DNA of 61,363 nucleotides, counting the filler. It is 5 parts of 5 records of this genome, joined end to end, with 100 filler letters (N's around TTAATTAATTAA, not from the genome) between each part and the next. Parts side by side here need not be neighbours in the genome. Positions count along the whole stretch, not along the records: positions 55,358 to 61,363 come from SRR2962707_729; 4 more parts are not named here. The stretch is one strand, 5' to 3'. Under the pieces are notes generated by a model. It was not told where the DNA came from and made no database searches. It saw nothing but the letters and a program-made list of their open reading frames with translations. Below, piece by piece: positions 58,983-61,363 of the stretch. The translations under genes and the position numbers were made by a program. The first letter of the stretch is position 1, and every line of letters starts with the position of its first letter.

Positions 58983-61361
58983 CTATTGCCCATTTTTCGT
59001 GCCTGAGCGCCTAAATTCCTGACCGAGCGCCACGGCAGTCTTCACCAGCTCCGCTGCGTCTTTAAGAGATAATTCTTTCATGGCACGCACTGCACGATGC
59101 TTTGCGTAAGGGTAACTGAAAAAACACGAAGTCGTATAGAAATGAGGAAGGAGCACGATACATGAGGGTTCGCTGCAAACAAGCGTAGGACATTCATTGA
59201 AGGAACGTGAGTGCGTACGCTGCAGTGAATATGTCAAACTCCGGGTTGCCAGTCAACGCGATCCCCTCAAGCACGACAAGTGCGCGAGTCACCAATGCAA
59301 AGTACTCTGGAACGGTGAAAGGGTACCTGCGCCACCGGCATTTGCACAAATGACGCACGTGTTCGAAGCGCGTGGCACCGTTTTTGAAATAAAAGAGTGT
59401 CTACGAACCGGAAAAATATGTCGTTCAAATCTTGGCTAACAGCTCCGAATTTCTTGCGCCGGCGGGAGATCGCGGAGTACTCTGACGGCGGTGCACTGTC
59501 TCCACTAATCGCAGCATTTTTAATTGCGACTCGGCCTTGATTCAAGACTTCTTCGAGAGCAGGCCTGCCGAGATTGAACAGCAAGAAAGTGATGGTCCTG
59601 TTCGGTGCAGCAGCACAATGAGCATCACAGAGTTAGTCAAAAATAAAACACAAACGGACTTAAGCGTGTCCAAATCCGCGTCGCTGCCAAGAAAGCCGAG
59701 CGCAATTCCATCTTCCAGAAGCGACTGAATGTCGTTATCCATTAAGTGCACCAATGCAGCCGTTAGGCGTACCATCGATAACCTACAGAATGAGTACCAA
59801 TCAGATTCGCATGTGTGCTGCAAGCTCGCACACAGAGGAAGAGCTAATTCATTTCACGTACTGTCCGAGCGTCGCACACAGGCCAAAATCTAACAAAACC
59901 AGCCGTCTTTTACCTGAAGGACAATCAGGTGCAACTTCGTCCTCCACGAAAAGATTCCCTGGCAGCAGTTGTTCGAGTGAGTCACTTTCGAGCCGAGTGA
60001 AGCAGTGTGTTGCAGCAAGCACGAGTCGAGCCGGATGACACAAAACCCAAACCTGGATGCGGATCGGAATGAAAGCGGCCGAGCTCCAACAATTGTATCA
60101 GAAAACACTCAACGCCGATTGGAACAAGGCGCTCGATTTCTTGCGGAGCAGAAGATGCCAGTGGAGTGCCCTGAATCCATTCAGTGCACAGAACTTTGGA
60201 AGAGCTTGCCGACCACATAACTTGTGGAACGTACACATCTCCCTAAAACAAAGTTCAAAGTCAGTGTTACTGGTCGCCAAAAAAAGCAGGCGCGCAGGGC
60301 CGCCAGAAAAAATGGACAGCGGGTGCTCGGCAAACCAAGCCCTCAATTAACGCACGCACCGGCATACGAGCTCGTAGCTCGCGGGCAAAGTAATCTTGAT
60401 TTTCACCTTCGTGCACATAGTCAAGCTCGTGGAGAGAGGCTCGTGCGAAAGTATCAAGCAGTTGAACGTCGAACTGCCGCCGTCTGGCAACCCACGTCGG
60501 AAAATTCGTCATCAAGAATTCTTTGAAAGATTCGACAAACCGAAGATACCTGGTCAAAAACACAGCAGCGCAGCCAATGTCGGAAGTTTAAAATTTGAAT
60601 TTTGGAAACGGCTGGCAAACGAACAATCATGCCTGGCGTGCTTTCAAGCCTATGGCGTACCGGCGAATGAGGAAAAGATCCAACGTGACGCTACGAAGCA
60701 TATCTGGTCGTTGCACCTTCACTGCAACTGTTTCGCCTGTGGAGCGCAGCCGGCAGCGGTACACCTGACCAAGCGATGCAGCGGCTATAGGTAAAGTGCC
60801 GGGCCCCAAGTCAAGAAACACTTCCTCAACCGGGCGTTGAAGCTCTGTCTCGATCAGTCGCAGGGCATCGGTTGTGCTGTACGGAGGAACCGAATCGCAC
60901 AGCTTTTGCAGCTCCGCGAGGACGGGTGTTGGGAGAATATCCGGCCGAATGGAGAGCATTTGGCCGAACTTGATGAATGTTGGGCCAAGGTTGGTCAGAA
61001 TCTGTCGAAACTCTCGAGCAGCGGCAGTTTGGCGGCTTACCGTCTTTTCCGCAGACTCGTCACCCGCACTGGGCGGGTTGATCTTCGCCGTCCACACCAA
61101 CTTCAGCGCAAACGGCAGGATCGCCAGTGCGATGCTCACGAGGCGCTGTGCCGCAACCGCCTTGTGCTGGGTCCAGAATGCCTCCAGCGCAGCGCTGTCG
61201 TAGTCTGTAGACAGTCCTTCATCCGTCAGTGTGGCCAGATCGTGCAGTGCGTATCGATGCACTGCGAAGCCACTCACAGTTGCCAGGCCCAGCACCTGGG
61301 CTGCTCTGCGAGTCCACTTCCAAGAAGACTCCGGGTTGTTGTGGTTGTTGTTGTTGTTGTT
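58983..61361 (-). CDS. ABC1/UbiB atypical kinase, multi-exon, 5'-truncated
   Basis: LGPTFIKFGQMLSIRPD, AAASLGQVY, VAVKVQRP, ELDYVHEG, TEWIQG, HSDPHPGNL (spliced), LLDFGL and VPEYFALVTRALVVLEG. GT-AG introns include 60550-60660, 59327-59408 and 59116-59218. Confidence 0.88.
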
Positions 61362-61363
61362 GT

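Noticed and set aside
58983-61361. ABC1 kinase as evidence of a plastid
   Set aside because: The family also has mitochondrial members, and the N-terminal targeting region is cut off by the window edge.

Overview
This window is not one locus. It is five contigs joined by an artificial N44-TTAATTAATTAA-N44 six-frame-stop linker, so adjacency across linkers has no biological meaning. Contig 1 (1-14026) is a Marinobacter-like gammaproteobacterium. It carries a glycerol-type ABC binding protein, an MCP, an eno-tpiA pair behind GlpR-like operators, and a maltodextrin island (lipoprotein alpha-amylase, MalT-like boxes, malEFG with a twin-arginine signal on MalE). Contigs 2 (14127-22242), 3 (22343-31645) and 5 (55358-61363) are intron-rich eukaryotic DNA, probably one flagellated protist. 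They encode an ankyrin-DENN-PDZ protein, a subtilisin-TM-MARVEL-like-SH3 membrane protease, a signal peptide-TPR-ankyrin-TM-coiled-coil protein, CEP104 and an ABC1 kinase. Contig 4 (31746-55257) is an alphaproteobacterium: pccB-orf-pccA-mutase, nucleoside hydrolase/ribokinase, putA/putR, a six-gene minus-strand run (cpATP-grasp, alpha-E, transglutaminase, Anbu, protease-RimK fusion, HglS), glycine riboswitch-gcvTHP and a TRAP dctM. The strongest leads are (i) an excess of phase-2 introns immediately before Tyr codons in the protist, as expected from a TA-targeting intron-generating transposon, (ii) the protease-4TM-SH3 receptor-like architecture, and (iii) the Anbu peptide-ligase operon followed by a fused polyglutamate ligase/protease. 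All calls come from motif recognition by eye. No searches were run, and eukaryotic exon structures are manual inferences.
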